DNA of 64,000 nucleotides from Solirubrobacterales bacterium (GTDB taxonomy: Bacteria; Actinomycetota; Thermoleophilia; Solirubrobacterales; 70-9). The stretch covers positions 13,189 through 77,188 of the forward strand of contig DATAFO010000036.1 in NCBI GenBank assembly GCA_036257465.1. The letters run 5' to 3'. Below, piece after piece: positions 30,162 through 41,334 of this stretch. A model generated the notes under the pieces. That model worked only from the letters and a program-made list of their open reading frames with translations, did no database searches and was not told the origin of the DNA. The position numbers and the translations under genes are program-made. Positions within the stretch are counted from its first letter, which is position 1; each line of letters begins with the position of its first letter.

Positions 30162-30183
30162 TGACAGATTACCAAATCTGTCA
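30162..30183. promoter_or_regulatory. candidate TetR operator: perfect 9-bp inverted repeat
   Basis: tgacagatt-acca-aatctgtca in the AKR/gap divergent intergenic region, about 40 nt upstream of the AKR-TetR operon start. It is AT-rich relative to its surroundings. Confidence 0.4.
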
Positions 30184-30199
30184 CGCCCGTGAGGAGTAA

Positions 30200-31327
<1,128 letters not shown>

Positions 31328-31469
31328 GCGGACCTGCGCCGCATACGCGCGGCGGCGGCCTCACAGGAATTCCGCACCTACCGCGCTCCGAACTCCGGAC
31401 TTTCTACCGATGGAGTCAGGGGGCTTCGGTGGTTCCCTTGGACACTGACTGGCGACGAAGGGACTTGCG

Positions 31470-33008
31470 ATGGCCACCGTCGAGAAGACCACCTACGAGG
31501 CACCCGGACAGCCCGGGAGTCCCGTTGAGCTGAAGGAGCGCTACGACAACTTCATCGGCGGCCACTGGGTCGTCCCCTCGAGCGGCGAGTACCGCGACAA
31601 CCTCGCGCCCGCCACCGGAGAGGCGTTCTGCGAGGTGGCGAACTCGACCCCGGAGGACATCGAGCTCGCACTCGACGCCGCCCACGCCGCCAAGGACGGC
31701 TGGGGCGAGGCTTCGGTCACCGAGCGCTCGGCCGTGCTGAACCGCATGGCCGACGCGATCGAGGAGAACCTGGAGATGCTCGCTGTGGCGGAGAGCTGGG
31801 AGAACGGCAAGCCGGTGCGCGAGACGCTCGCCGCCGACCTGCCGCTGGCGATCGACCACTTGCGTTACTTCGCCGGCGTCATCCGCGGCGAGGAGGGGGC
31901 GATCTCCGAGCTCGACAAGGACACCGTGGCCTACCACTTCCGCGAGCCGCTCGGGGTCGTGGGGCAGATCATCCCGTTCAACTTCCCGCTCTTGATGGCG
32001 GCCTGGAAGATCGCCCCAGCCCTCGCGGCTGGCAACTGCACCGTCGTCAAGCCGGCCAGCCCGACGCCGTGGTCCATCCTCAAGCTCGCCGAGGTGGTCG
32101 AGGACGTCGTCCCGCCGGGAGTGCTGAACGTCGTCAACGGCCCTGGGGCGGAGATCGGCAAGGCGCTGGCCTCCAACAAGCGGATCGCCAAGATCGCCTT
32201 CACCGGCGAGACCGTGACCGGGCGGCTGATCATGTCCTACGCCGCCCAGAACATCATCCCTTCGACCACGGAGCTCGGAGGCAAGTCTCCGAACATCTTC
32301 TTCGAGGACGTGACGGCGACCGACGACGAGTTCCTCGACAAGGCGGTCGAGGGGCTGGTCCTATACGCCTTTAACAAAGGCGAGGTGTGCACCTGTCCCT
32401 CGCGGGCCCTGATCCAGGAGTCGATCTACGACGAGTTCATCGGTCGCGTGCTCGACCACATCAAGGCGATCAAGCAGGGCCACCCGCTCGATCGCGAAAC
32501 GATGATCGGCCCGCAGGTCTCACAGGCCCAGCTGGAGAAGATCGAGGGCTACGTCCAGATCGGCGTCGACGAGGGCGCGGAGGTGCTGATCGGCGGTCAG
32601 CGTCCTGATCTCAACGGAGAACTGGCCGGCGGCTACTACTTCGAGCCGACGGCGCTCAAGGGCTCGAACGACATGAGGGTCTTCCAGGAGGAGATCTTCG
32701 GCCCGGTCGTAGCGGTGACGACGTTCGCCGACGAGCGCGAGGCGCTCGAGATCGCGAACGACACCCTTTATGGTCTCGGCGCCGGTGTGTGGACCCGAGA
32801 CGGTTCTCGCGCCTACAGGATGGGCCGGGGGATCAAGGCCGGGCGAGTGTGGACCAACTGCTAACACCAGTATCCGGCCCACGCCGCGTTCGGCGGCTAC
32901 AAGGTCTCGGGAGTCGGCCGCGAGACGCACAAGATGATGCTCGACCACTACTCGCAGACCAAGTGCCTGCTGGTCAGCTACGACCCGAAGCCACTCGGCT
33001 TCTTCTGA
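31470..33008 (+). pseudogene. NAD-dependent aldehyde dehydrogenase interrupted by an in-frame TAA 48 codons before the normal end
   Basis: [20 protein letters not shown] and [11 protein letters not shown] (catalytic Cys) are present. Reading continues in the same frame across TAA 32862-32864: [53 protein letters not shown]. This is the conserved ALDH C-terminus, where Tyr (TAC) is expected at the stop. Confidence 0.85.
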
Positions 33009-33012
33009 GCCG

Positions 33013-33348
33013 ATGAGCGCCAATGTCACAGCCACCCCGGAGGCGCTCGAGGTGATGAGGCGCCTCCGGGCCAAGCACGGGCCGCTTGCCTTCTTCCAGT
33101 CGGGCGGCTGCTGCAACGGGAGCGCGGCGATGTGCCTGACCCGCGGTGAGCTGCTCGAGACGGACAACGACCTCAAGCTGGGCGAGATCGGCGGCGCTCC
33201 CTTCTATGTCGACCGCGAGCAGTGGGAGCGTTGGGGCAGGCCCTCGTTCGTAATCGATGTCGCGTCGGGCGGGGGCGGGGGGTTCTCCCTCGAGGCCGTC
33301 GAGGGTGTTCATTTCGTCAGTCGAGCGCCCGCGGACACGCCGGCGTGA
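33013..33348 (+). CDS. DUF779 domain protein (usual partner of this ALDH type)
   Basis: ATPEALEVMRRLRAKHGPLAFFQSGGCCNGSAAMC...FYVDREQWERW...VIDV is the DUF779 signature. Confidence 0.85.
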   Translation: MSANVTATPEALEVMRRLRAKHGPLAFFQSGGCCNGSAAMCLTRGELLETDNDLKLGEIGGAPFYVDREQWERWGRPSFVIDVASGGGGGFSLEAVEGVHFVSRAPADTPA

Positions 33349-33758
33349 GAGCCGGAGACGAATTCGACTACGAGCAGGCGACCGCCGGCGACGCGATGCG
33401 GCAGGAGGTCATCTACTGCCCTCCAGAGGCGCCGCTGAGAACGGTGGCGCAGATCATGGCCCGTGACCGGATCCACTGCGTCGTGGTCGGCACCGAGCAA
33501 GGTTGGGGCGTCGTCACCGATCATGACTTGCTCCGGGCTGCGGAGTCCGGCATAGACGGGGTCTGCGCGGGCGACGTCATGGCCGCCGATCTGCCGACCG
33601 TCGGCGTCGACCAGTCGCTCGATCGTGCCCGCAAGCTCATGGTCGAGCACGAGGTCAGCCACGCGCTAGTCGTTGACGCGCGATCGGGGCGTCCCGTGGG
33701 CGTCCTGTCGAGCCTCGACGTCGCCGGCCTGTTGGCGATCGGTCGAAGCAGCTCGTAG
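33345..33758 (+). CDS. CBS-pair domain protein
   Basis: The GTG overlaps the DUF779 stop (GTGA). There are two CBS repeats: DAMRQEVIYCP...IHCVVVGTEQGWGVVTDHDLL and DVMAADLPTV...VSHALVVDARSGRPVGVLSSLDV. Confidence 0.8.
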   Translation: MRAGDEFDYEQATAGDAMRQEVIYCPPEAPLRTVAQIMARDRIHCVVVGTEQGWGVVTDHDLLRAAESGIDGVCAGDVMAADLPTVGVDQSLDRARKLMVEHEVSHALVVDARSGRPVGVLSSLDVAGLLAIGRSSS

Positions 33759-33783
33759 GCCGCCGCCTCGTAACCTGACGACG

Positions 33784-36483
33784 TTGCCTGCGAGCTATCC
33801 AGCCCATCGCGAGGCCGACGTCGTGCTCCGCGACGGTTCGACTGCCCACGTGCGCCCGATCCGGGCTTCCGACCGCGAGGCGCTGCATGCCTTCTACGAG
33901 GCCCTGTCGCCGGATTCCCGCGCCTTCCGCTTCTTCAGCGGAGCGGTCGATCTCGACGAGATCGCCGCCACCGCCGTCGACGTGGACTACAACGACCGCT
34001 ACGGGCTTGTGGCGACGAGTGGCGGACAAACCGTCGTCGCCCACGCGCTCTACTTCAAGCTGGACGCCGAGCACGCCGAGGTCGCGTTCGCGATCGCCGA
34101 CCGCCTCCAGGGTCGCGGTCTCGGAACCATCCTTCTCGCCCACCTCGCCGAGCTCGCCGAGGACCACGGCGTGCGGAGCTTCGAGGCCAGCGTCCTGCCG
34201 CAGAACCACCGCATGATCGAGGTCTTCCGGGAAAGCGGGTTCCCGATCGAAGTTCGCGCCCAGCCGGGCGAGATCGCCGTCGAGCTTCCCACCTCGTTCT
34301 CTGCCGAGGCGATCGAGCGCTTCGAGCAGCGGGACCGGATCGCCGCAGTGGCGGCGGTGAGTGCGTTCTTGCAGCCGGCGTCGGTGGCGGTGATCGGCGC
34401 CTCTCGGCGGCGTGGCAGTGTCGGTGGTGAGGTCTTTCACAACCTGCTCTCCAGCGGATTCGAGGGGCCCGTCTACCCAGTGAACGCCTCAGCCGATGTG
34501 GTTCAGTCGGTCGCCGCCTATCGTTCGATCCTCTCGGTTCCGGGCCCGGTTGAGCTCGCTGTGATCGCCGTGCCAGCGGATTCTGTGCCCGACGCAGCCC
34601 GCGAGTGCGCAGAGAAGGGAGTGCGCGCCTTGATCGTGCTTTCGGCGGGCTTTGGTGAAACCGGACCTGAGGGAGCTCGGCGCCAGGGAGCGCTGCTCGA
34701 CGTGTGCCGCGACGCGGGGATGCGCCTGGTCGGCCCCAACTGTCTCGGGGCGCTCAACACCTCGGCTGGCGCCAGCCTGAACGCGACGTTCGCGCCCGGC
34801 TTTCCGCCCGCGGGCCCAGTCGGGTTCCTCTCCCAGAGCGGCGCCCTCGGCCTGGCGATGATCGAGCACGCTCTCGAGGCGCAGATCGGTCTCTCCTCCT
34901 TTGCCTCGATCGGAAACCGGGCGGACATCTCGGGGAACGACCTGATCGAGTACTGGGAGCAGGACAGCGAGACGCGGGTCGTGCTGCTCTACCTCGAGTC
35001 ATTCGGTAACCCGCGACGGTTCGCCCGCATCGCCAGGCGCGTCGGCCGCCACAAGCCGATCGTCGCGGTGAAGAGCGGGCGCTCGGCGGCCGGCGCCCGC
35101 GCAACCACTTCCCACACCGGCGCCATGATCGCCGCCTCCGACGTCACCGTGGACGCGCTGTTTCACCAGGCCGGGGTCGTACGCACGGACAACCTCGCTG
35201 AGCTCTTCGACGTCGCCTCGGTGCTCTCGAACCAGCCGGTACCAGGGGGGCACCGAGTCGGCGTGGTCACCAACGCCGGCGGGCCGGGGATCATGTGCGC
35301 CGACGCCTGTGAGGCGGCTGGCTTGGAGCTGCCGGAGCCAAGCGATGGAGTGCGCGAGCGCCTGGCCAAGTTCCTTCCGCCCGAGGCGTCGCTCGCGAAC
35401 CCGATCGACATGATCGCCACCGCGTCGGCTGACGACTACGAACGGACGATCGAGGCGATCGCCGAATCCGGCGAGGTCGACGCGATCATCGCCGTCTTCG
35501 TCCGCCCGCTGCTGGTGACGGCAACCGACGTTGCGGAGGCGATCGGACGGGCCTCGGAGGGCCGCGCCGCCGGGCTCACATTGCTCGGGGCGTTTATGTC
35601 CGCCGAGCACGGCCCGGCCGAGCTTCGGCGCGCTGCCCGCGGCGTACCGGCATTTCAATTCCCAGAGGAGGCGGCCCAAGCCCTCGCTCGCGTTACCGCC
35701 TATAGCGAATGGTTGAGGAAACCTGAGCAGACGGTCCCGCGCTTCCCGGAGGCCCGGGGGGAGGAGGCGGCGGGGCTGTTGGCGAACGCGCTCGAGCGCG
35801 GCGAGGGCTGGCTAGAGCCGGCCGAGGCGTCTGCGCTGCTCGACTGCTACGGGATCCGGGTGGCCAGTTGGCTGGAGGCTGAGGACCCCACGGCCGCCGG
35901 CCGAGCGGCGGCCCAATTCGAAGGCTCCGTGGCGCTGAAGGCCGTGGTTCCTGGGCTGCACAAGACCGAAGCCGGGGCGGTCCGCCTGGGGCTTTCAGGG
36001 GAGGACGCGGTCTCCACGGCGGCGGAGGAGATGAGGGAGAGGTTGAGGCGCGCCGACGACGAGCCGCAGGCATTCATCGTCCAGGAGATGATCACCGAGG
36101 GGGTCGAGATGCTCGTCGGCCTCGTCCACGATCCGCTGTTCGGGCCGCTGCTTGCCTGCGGGGCGGGGGGTGTTCAGGCGGAACTGCTCAAAGACCTCTC
36201 GGTGCGAATCACCCCCCTGCGCGAGGGGGACGCAAGCGAGATGGTCCGCTCGCTTCAGACCTTTCCGCTACTGGAGGGGTTCCGCGGCGCACCCCCTGCC
36301 GACGTCGGGGCGCTCGAGGACGTGCTGCTGCGGATGAGCGCGCTGGTCGAGGCACACGCGGAGGTCGCCGAGGTCGATCTCAACCCCCTGATCGTCGGAT
36401 CGAACGGGGCAACCGTGGTCGATGTCCGGATTCGCGCGCAAGCCGCCCAGCCCAGGCCTCCCTGGCCGGGATACCGCCATTGA
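33784..36483 (+). CDS. GNAT acetyltransferase fused to an ADP-forming acyl-CoA synthetase-like module (Pat-like, domain order GNAT-CoA binding-ATP grasp)
   Basis: The N-terminus is GNAT (RPIRASDREALHAFYEALS...QGRGLGTILLAHL). It is followed by VAVIGASRR..GS.G, AVIAVPADSV, the CoA-ligase-like LVGPNCLGALN, and a C-terminal ATP-grasp (LKAVVPGLHKTEAGAVRLGL). The start is uncertain: TTG 33784 or GTG 33823. Confidence 0.8.
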   Translation: MPASYPAHREADVVLRDGSTAHVRPIRASDREALHAFYEALSPDSRAFRFFSGAVDLDEIAATAVDVDYNDRYGLVATSGGQTVVAHALYFKLDAEHAEVAFAIADRLQGRGLGTILLAHLAELAEDHGVRSFEASVLPQNHRMIEVFRESGFPIEVRAQPGEIAVELPTSFSAEAIERFEQRDRIAAVAAVSAFLQPASVAVIGASRRRGSVGGEVFHNLLSSGFEGPVYPVNASADVVQSVAAYRSILSVPGPVELAVIAVPADSVPDAARECAEKGVRALIVLSAGFGETGPEGARRQGALLDVCRDAGMRLVGPNCLGALNTSAGASLNATFAPGFPPAGPVGFLSQSGALGLAMIEHALEAQIGLSSFASIGNRADISGNDLIEYWEQDSETRVVLLYLESFGNPRRFARIARRVGRHKPIVAVKSGRSAAGARATTSHTGAMIAASDVTVDALFHQAGVVRTDNLAELFDVASVLSNQPVPGGHRVGVVTNAGGPGIMCADACEAAGLELPEPSDGVRERLAKFLPPEASLANPIDMIATASADDYERTIEAIAESGEVDAIIAVFVRPLLVTATDVAEAIGRASEGRAAGLTLLGAFMSAEHGPAELRRAARGVPAFQFPEEAAQALARVTAYSEWLRKPEQTVPRFPEARGEEAAGLLANALERGEGWLEPAEASALLDCYGIRVASWLEAEDPTAAGRAAAQFEGSVALKAVVPGLHKTEAGAVRLGLSGEDAVSTAAEEMRERLRRADDEPQAFIVQEMITEGVEMLVGLVHDPLFGPLLACGAGGVQAELLKDLSVRITPLREGDASEMVRSLQTFPLLEGFRGAPPADVGALEDVLLRMSALVEAHAEVAEVDLNPLIVGSNGATVVDVRIRAQAAQPRPPWPGYRH

Positions 36484-36568
36484 GCACGCGGGCATCCGTG
36501 CCGACACCGGTTCCAGTTCAGTAGCAGCCACCGATGTCCGCAGATGAGGCCGGTCGTAGGGTGCGGTC

Positions 36569-37033
36569 ATGGCTGAGGTTGAACCGAGCACGCGACGGTC
36601 CGCCGAGCGGACCTACCTCGGCCCCCCGCTCTACGCCGCCAAGGTCGCCGACGCGATGCGCGTCGGCGTCATCACCTGCCGCCGCGAGACGACGCTGGCC
36701 GACATCGCGAAGATGATGGTCGGCTACGACGTGCACTCGGTTGTCGTCTCCGAGGTGGGAGGCGATCGCGGTCTGTGGGGGATCGTCACCAGCCTCGACC
36801 TGGCGCGCGCTGCGGACGAACTGGGCTCGCTGACGGCGGGAGACGTGGCCAGTACGGAGCTGATCACGATTGCGTCGAACCAACCGCTGGACGCGGCCGC
36901 CGAGCTCATGGCCAAGCACGGCGTCACGCACCTGGTCGTAGTGCAGCCCGAGACAACCCAGCCGGTCGGGGTGATCTCGGCGCGTGGGGTTGCCGCCGCG
37001 GTTGCGTACGGGCGATCCGGAGCCGGCAGATGA
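36569..37033 (+). CDS. CBS-pair domain protein
   Basis: VADAMRVGVITC...VHSVVVSEVGGDRGLWGIVTSLDL and DVASTELITI...VTHLVVVQPETTQPVGVISARGV. Confidence 0.8.
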   Translation: MAEVEPSTRRSAERTYLGPPLYAAKVADAMRVGVITCRRETTLADIAKMMVGYDVHSVVVSEVGGDRGLWGIVTSLDLARAADELGSLTAGDVASTELITIASNQPLDAAAELMAKHGVTHLVVVQPETTQPVGVISARGVAAAVAYGRSGAGR

Positions 37034-37431
37034 GCCCAGCTTCACTCTCCGACAGCCGCGTCTCCGAGGTGATGCGCCACGGGGTGCTCACGTGCCAGCC
37101 GGAGACCCCGCTCGAGGTGGTCGCCAGGATGATGTCCGAGCACCGGGTCCACTCAGTCGTCGTGTCGAACCTCGACGGTGTCAGCGAGAGCGCGTGGGGG
37201 ATCGTCAGCGACGTGGACGTGCTGCGCGCTGCGCCGGAGGGCGGGCGGGATCGCGCCGCGGGCGAGATCGCGGGAACCGAGCTGCTGACGGTGGCGCCCG
37301 ACGAGACCTTGGAGCATGCGGCTCAGCTGATGGCCGAGCACGAGATCACACACCTGGTGGTCGTCTCGGGTGATAAGCCAGTCGGAGTGATCTCGTCGCT
37401 CGACGTGGCGGCGTGGATGGCCTACGCCTGA
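37030..37431 (+). CDS. CBS-pair domain protein
   Basis: ATGA overlap with the previous CBS gene. VSEVMRHGVLTC...VHSVVVSNLDG...WGIVSDVDVL and ITHLVVVSGDKPVGVISSLDV. Confidence 0.8.
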   Translation: MSPASLSDSRVSEVMRHGVLTCQPETPLEVVARMMSEHRVHSVVVSNLDGVSESAWGIVSDVDVLRAAPEGGRDRAAGEIAGTELLTVAPDETLEHAAQLMAEHEITHLVVVSGDKPVGVISSLDVAAWMAYA

Positions 37432-37462
37432 CCACCTAGCCGACGAGAGACCGAGGCCAAGG

Positions 37463-37741
37463 ATGGACGCGCGCGAAGGATTTACCACAGACGACGCACG
37501 CGAGGTCGGTGAACGGATCGGGATCGACTGGGGATCGGCGCCCTTCGACGTCGAGCAGTTCCGGCGCGGAATGGAGGTCGAGCTGGAGCACGGGTTGCGC
37601 GACCCGGCGACCAACGTCACTGACGACGACCCGACGACAACGGGCAAGATCGCCCTAGCGCACCTGAACGAGTTCTCCGACTACTACGTTCGCCTGGAGC
37701 GAATGGAGGCTGAGGCGGAGCGAGAGCATCGAGCGGAATAG
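37463..37741 (+). CDS. DUF5661-like small protein
   Basis: GMEVELEHG...TNVTDDDPTTTGKIALAHLNEFSDYYVRLERME matches my memory of the DUF5661 motif (E.EHG..T...D...KIA.AHL.E.PDYY). Confidence 0.5.
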   Translation: MDAREGFTTDDAREVGERIGIDWGSAPFDVEQFRRGMEVELEHGLRDPATNVTDDDPTTTGKIALAHLNEFSDYYVRLERMEAEAEREHRAE

Positions 37742-37752
37742 TTTTCCGCTCA

Positions 37753-38987
37753 TCAGATCGGCGCGATGCCCCGCTTGCGGGTCGCGAGGAAGTAGCGCTC
37801 GAACGCGACCTTCGCCCAGTGCGCCTGGGGGCCCCACATCACCCGCGGGTGCTGCGAGTCGCCCAACACGTGGTCGGCCTTGAAGATCACACCGCTGCTG
37901 CCCGCGTCGAGGATGCAGATCGCGGGGAGGTCGGAGAGCGGCTGCCGGCGGCGCTCGCCTCCCTGAAGGTCGGCGGCGACGTTTTGCGCCGCGACCTCCG
38001 CCATGAGCTCGCTCATCTGGCCGGTCTTGGGTGCACCGGCGGGAACCGGCGTCGCCTCGGGCGGCGCGGTGGCGACGTCGACGCCCGCGGCGTAGACGTC
38101 GGGGATCTCGGGATGGCTGAACTCGTCAGTGACGGGGATGAAGCCAAGCTCGTTCGCGAGCCCCTCGGCCCCCCGCACTACGTCGAGCCCAGTGAACGGG
38201 GGCACGATCATCGAGAAAGCAAACGGCAGCACCCGCCCGCCCTCGAGCTCGATCTCCGCCTCGCGGACCTCGCGGATGCCGCTGTTCGGGATCCCGTCGA
38301 TCCCCCAGCAGTCGAAGCACCGCCGGACCGCCCCGCTCGAGTCCCCTACGCCGCCAAGGCCGAAGTGCCCGAGGTACGGCTCCGCGGTGATGAAGGTCAC
38401 CGGTGCGACGTCCTCGAGCCCCGCCTTGCGAATCCGGTGGCGAACGTTGATCAGGAACTCGTACGAGGCGCCGAAGCAGGAGCCGCCCTCTGCAGTGCCG
38501 ATCACCACTGGCCCGGGGTCAGTGAGGAACCGCTGCCATTCGTCCCGCGCCGCGAGCGCGTGCTCGAGGTTGCACACCGACGCCGTGTGGCCGCCGTCCG
38601 GCCCCAGACCGCGGATCCGGTCGAACGCCAGGCGCGGCCGGTGGCGAGCAGTAGCCGGTCGTAGCCGATCTCCTCGGCGCGCGCGGTGAACACGGTGCGC
38701 GAGTCGAGGTCGAGCCGGATGGCGGCCTGGTTCAGGAAGCGGATTCCCTTGCGCTGGTACACCGGCGCCAGCGCGAACGTGATCTCCCCGGGCTCGCGCA
38801 GTCGGAGCGGGAGCCAGATCAGCGAGGGGATGAAGGTGAAGTTCGCGTGCGGATCAAGCACCACGACCTCGTGGTGCGGATCGAGCCGCCGGCGGAGCTC
38901 GAGGGCGGCCGTCAGCCCGGCGAAGCTCGAACCCACGACAACCGCTCGCTTGGCGCGGCTGGACGAACCGTCGAGCAGAGCCATCAT
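37753..38987 (-). pseudogene. sqr: sulfide:quinone oxidoreductase with a single 1-nt frameshift
   Basis: The N-terminal frame reads RAVVVGSSFAGLTAALEL...FIPSLIWLP...YDRLLLATG. It then switches frame to PRLAFDRIRGLGPDGGHTASVCNLEHA...GGSCFGASYEF...DVYAAGD...PKTGQM...AICILDAG. All three SQR-type Cys contexts are present. One C is missing at about 38636-38641, and the length of 1235 nt is not divisible by 3. Confidence 0.8.
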
Positions 38988-41092
38988 GCGTGCCCGAAGC
39001 GCACGTCGGGCAGGAACCGGTCAAGCCAGGCGGGCAGCCACCAGGCCCATCGTCCCGCGACCCGCAGCAGCACCGGGACCAGGATGAGCCGGACCAGGAG
39101 CGCGTCGAGGAGCACGGCGACGCCGAGGATCACGCCCATCTCCTTCGGCGGCAGCGGCCCGGAGAGAGCGAAGGTGAAGAAGACGGCGACCATGACTGCC
39201 GCAGCCGCGAGGATCACGCGACCAGAGTGGGCCAGGCCGCCGACCACCGCCTCGCGCTGATCGCCCGAGCGGTCCCAGTGCTCCTTGGCCGAACTGAGCA
39301 GGAAGACCGTGTAGTCCATCGTGATCGCGAAGATCAGCGCGAAGAAGAACACCGGCGCCCAAGCGTCGACGAACCCCTGCGAGGTAAAGCCGAGCAGCCC
39401 CTCGAAGTTGCCGTCCTGGAAGATCAGCTTGCCGGCGCCGAACGCCGCGCCCGTGGCCAGCAGGCTGGTGAGGACCCCAAACGCGGCGACAATCGGAGCC
39501 TGCAGCGCGACCAGGAGGAGGAGGAAGCCGAGTGCGATGACGACTCCGATCACCAGCGGCGTCTTGCTGGCGAGCTCCTGCTCGAGATCGTGGTTCTCGG
39601 CCACAGCGCCGCCGACCAGCGCCCCGGCGGGGAGCACCGATCGCAGCCGCTCGATCGTCGAGCCCACGGCTGGGTTTGAAGGGTCCTGCGTCGGGATCGC
39701 CTGGATCAGCGCCGTCTGAGTTACGCCCTGCTGCGGCGGCACGACCTGGGCGATTCCGGGGTCGGCCGCCACGGTCGCCGCGACCGAGTGGGCCTCGTTG
39801 CTGCCGGCGACGACCTGCAGCGCGCCCGGTGCGCCGGGCCCGAACGCGTCCTGGACGGCGACATAACCCTGACGAGAGGAATCATCAGCGGGCACGACCT
39901 TGATCGAGGGCATTCCCGTGTCGAGCGCGAGCACGGGGAATGCCAGAGCCACGAGGACCGCGAGCGTAGGGCCCCCGTAGCGAACGGGGTGACGCCAAAG
40001 GCGCTCTCCCCAGGCGGCGAACCGCGGCGAGCGGTGCTCGCCCGAGTGCACCCAGGGCAGCGCGAGCCGGTCGAGACGCGGCCCGAGCTTGGCGAGAACG
40101 GCCGGAAGCAGTGTGAGGGTTGCGGCCATCACGAAGACGACCGAGAGCATGATTCCGAGCGCCACCGAGCGGAAGGCAGGGCTCGGCACCAGCATCACCG
40201 CGCTCAGCGAGATCAGCACGGTGAGTCCCGAGAACAGCACCGCCTTGCCGGCGGTGTCCATCGTCACCGCGACGGCCTCGGCGGCTGGCCGGCGATCGCC
40301 GAAGAACGCGCCGCGGAAGCGATAGACGACGAACAGCGCGTAGTCGATGCCGAGCGCGAGCGCGAACATGAGCGCGAAGTTCATCGCCCAGATCGAGATG
40401 TCGGTGATCTGAGCGCCCACGTAAAGCATCCCCGCGGCACACACGAGCCCGAGGATCGTGAGCAGGAGCGGGAGCCCGGCAGCGACCAGTGAGCCGAACG
40501 CCAGCACCAGGATCGCCAGGGTCACGGGCCAGGAGATCAGCTCCGACTTCAGCATCGCGCTCTTGTTCGCTTCGTTGAAGTCCGACCACATGCCGGAGGC
40601 GCCGGTCAGGTTCACCTGCACGTCAGCCGTGCCCGCCGCCGCGAGGTCGGACTTGATCTCGTCGGCAACCCGCACCATCTGGTTCGGGTCGGCACCGGCA
40701 CCCGCCTGGATCACGGCGGTGCGACCGTCACGCGAGATCGAGACGCCCTCGCGCGGGTGAGCGATCGAGGCCACGTCCTGCTCGACGAGCAGCCGGTGCT
40801 CGACGTCGCGCACCACGCCGGTGAAGCCGGGATCGTCGAAGGCGAGCTCGTCGGAGCTGACGACGATCAAGAGGCTGCTGGAGGAGAGCCCCTCGAACTC
40901 CGCCTCCACGCGATCACGGGCCTCAACCGACTCGGATCCGGTGGCGTGCCAGCCGGCTCCGGAAAGCGCGTGCTCGACGCGGGGTGCGAGGAACCCCAGC
41001 ACCACGGCGGTCGCCAGCCACGCCAACGCAACCGCCTGGACGTGGGTCGCGGACCAGTGGCCGAGCCGCCCGATGGGACCCAGCGCGCTCAC
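38984..41092 (-). CDS. MMPL-family (RND superfamily) membrane transporter
   Basis: About 700 aa with two 6-TM bundles, each after a soluble loop. Motifs include AMLKSELISWPVTLAILVLAFGSLVAAGLPL, IDYALFVVYRFR, and a second repeat ITMDYTVFLLSSAKE. The start is taken at GTG 41092, which overlaps the upstream stop (GTGA). Confidence 0.85.
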   Translation of the reverse strand: MSALGPIGRLGHWSATHVQAVALAWLATAVVLGFLAPRVEHALSGAGWHATGSESVEARDRVEAEFEGLSSSSLLIVVSSDELAFDDPGFTGVVRDVEHRLLVEQDVASIAHPREGVSISRDGRTAVIQAGAGADPNQMVRVADEIKSDLAAAGTADVQVNLTGASGMWSDFNEANKSAMLKSELISWPVTLAILVLAFGSLVAAGLPLLLTILGLVCAAGMLYVGAQITDISIWAMNFALMFALALGIDYALFVVYRFRGAFFGDRRPAAEAVAVTMDTAGKAVLFSGLTVLISLSAVMLVPSPAFRSVALGIMLSVVFVMAATLTLLPAVLAKLGPRLDRLALPWVHSGEHRSPRFAAWGERLWRHPVRYGGPTLAVLVALAFPVLALDTGMPSIKVVPADDSSRQGYVAVQDAFGPGAPGALQVVAGSNEAHSVAATVAADPGIAQVVPPQQGVTQTALIQAIPTQDPSNPAVGSTIERLRSVLPAGALVGGAVAENHDLEQELASKTPLVIGVVIALGFLLLLVALQAPIVAAFGVLTSLLATGAAFGAGKLIFQDGNFEGLLGFTSQGFVDAWAPVFFFALIFAITMDYTVFLLSSAKEHWDRSGDQREAVVGGLAHSGRVILAAAAVMVAVFFTFALSGPLPPKEMGVILGVAVLLDALLVRLILVPVLLRVAGRWAWWLPAWLDRFLPDVRFGHA

Positions 41093-41334
41093 GTGGAGGT
41101 CCCGTATGCGGAGCGCCGGCCGAAGGCGCGCTCGAGGATCAGCGAGGCGGGGCAGGCCCCGGTCAGCACATAAAGCCACTGGTTGACGCCCACGAACGCC
41201 GTCAGCGCCAGGAACCAGGGCGAGACGACCAACGCCAGGGCGACGCTCAGCAGCGTCATCGTGCCGGCCAGGGCGAACAGCACCCGCTCGAGCGGCCAGC
41301 GGCCGCGCCATGTGCACGAGGGCTCAACTGTCAT
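41089..41334 (-). CDS. DUF2892 (YgaP-like) small membrane protein
   Basis: WPLERVLFALAGTMTLLSVAL...FVGVNQWLYVLTGACPASLIL fits the DUF2892 two-helix pattern with the conserved G.CP. 81 aa. Confidence 0.7.
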   Translation of the reverse strand: MTVEPSCTWRGRWPLERVLFALAGTMTLLSVALALVVSPWFLALTAFVGVNQWLYVLTGACPASLILERAFGRRSAYGTST

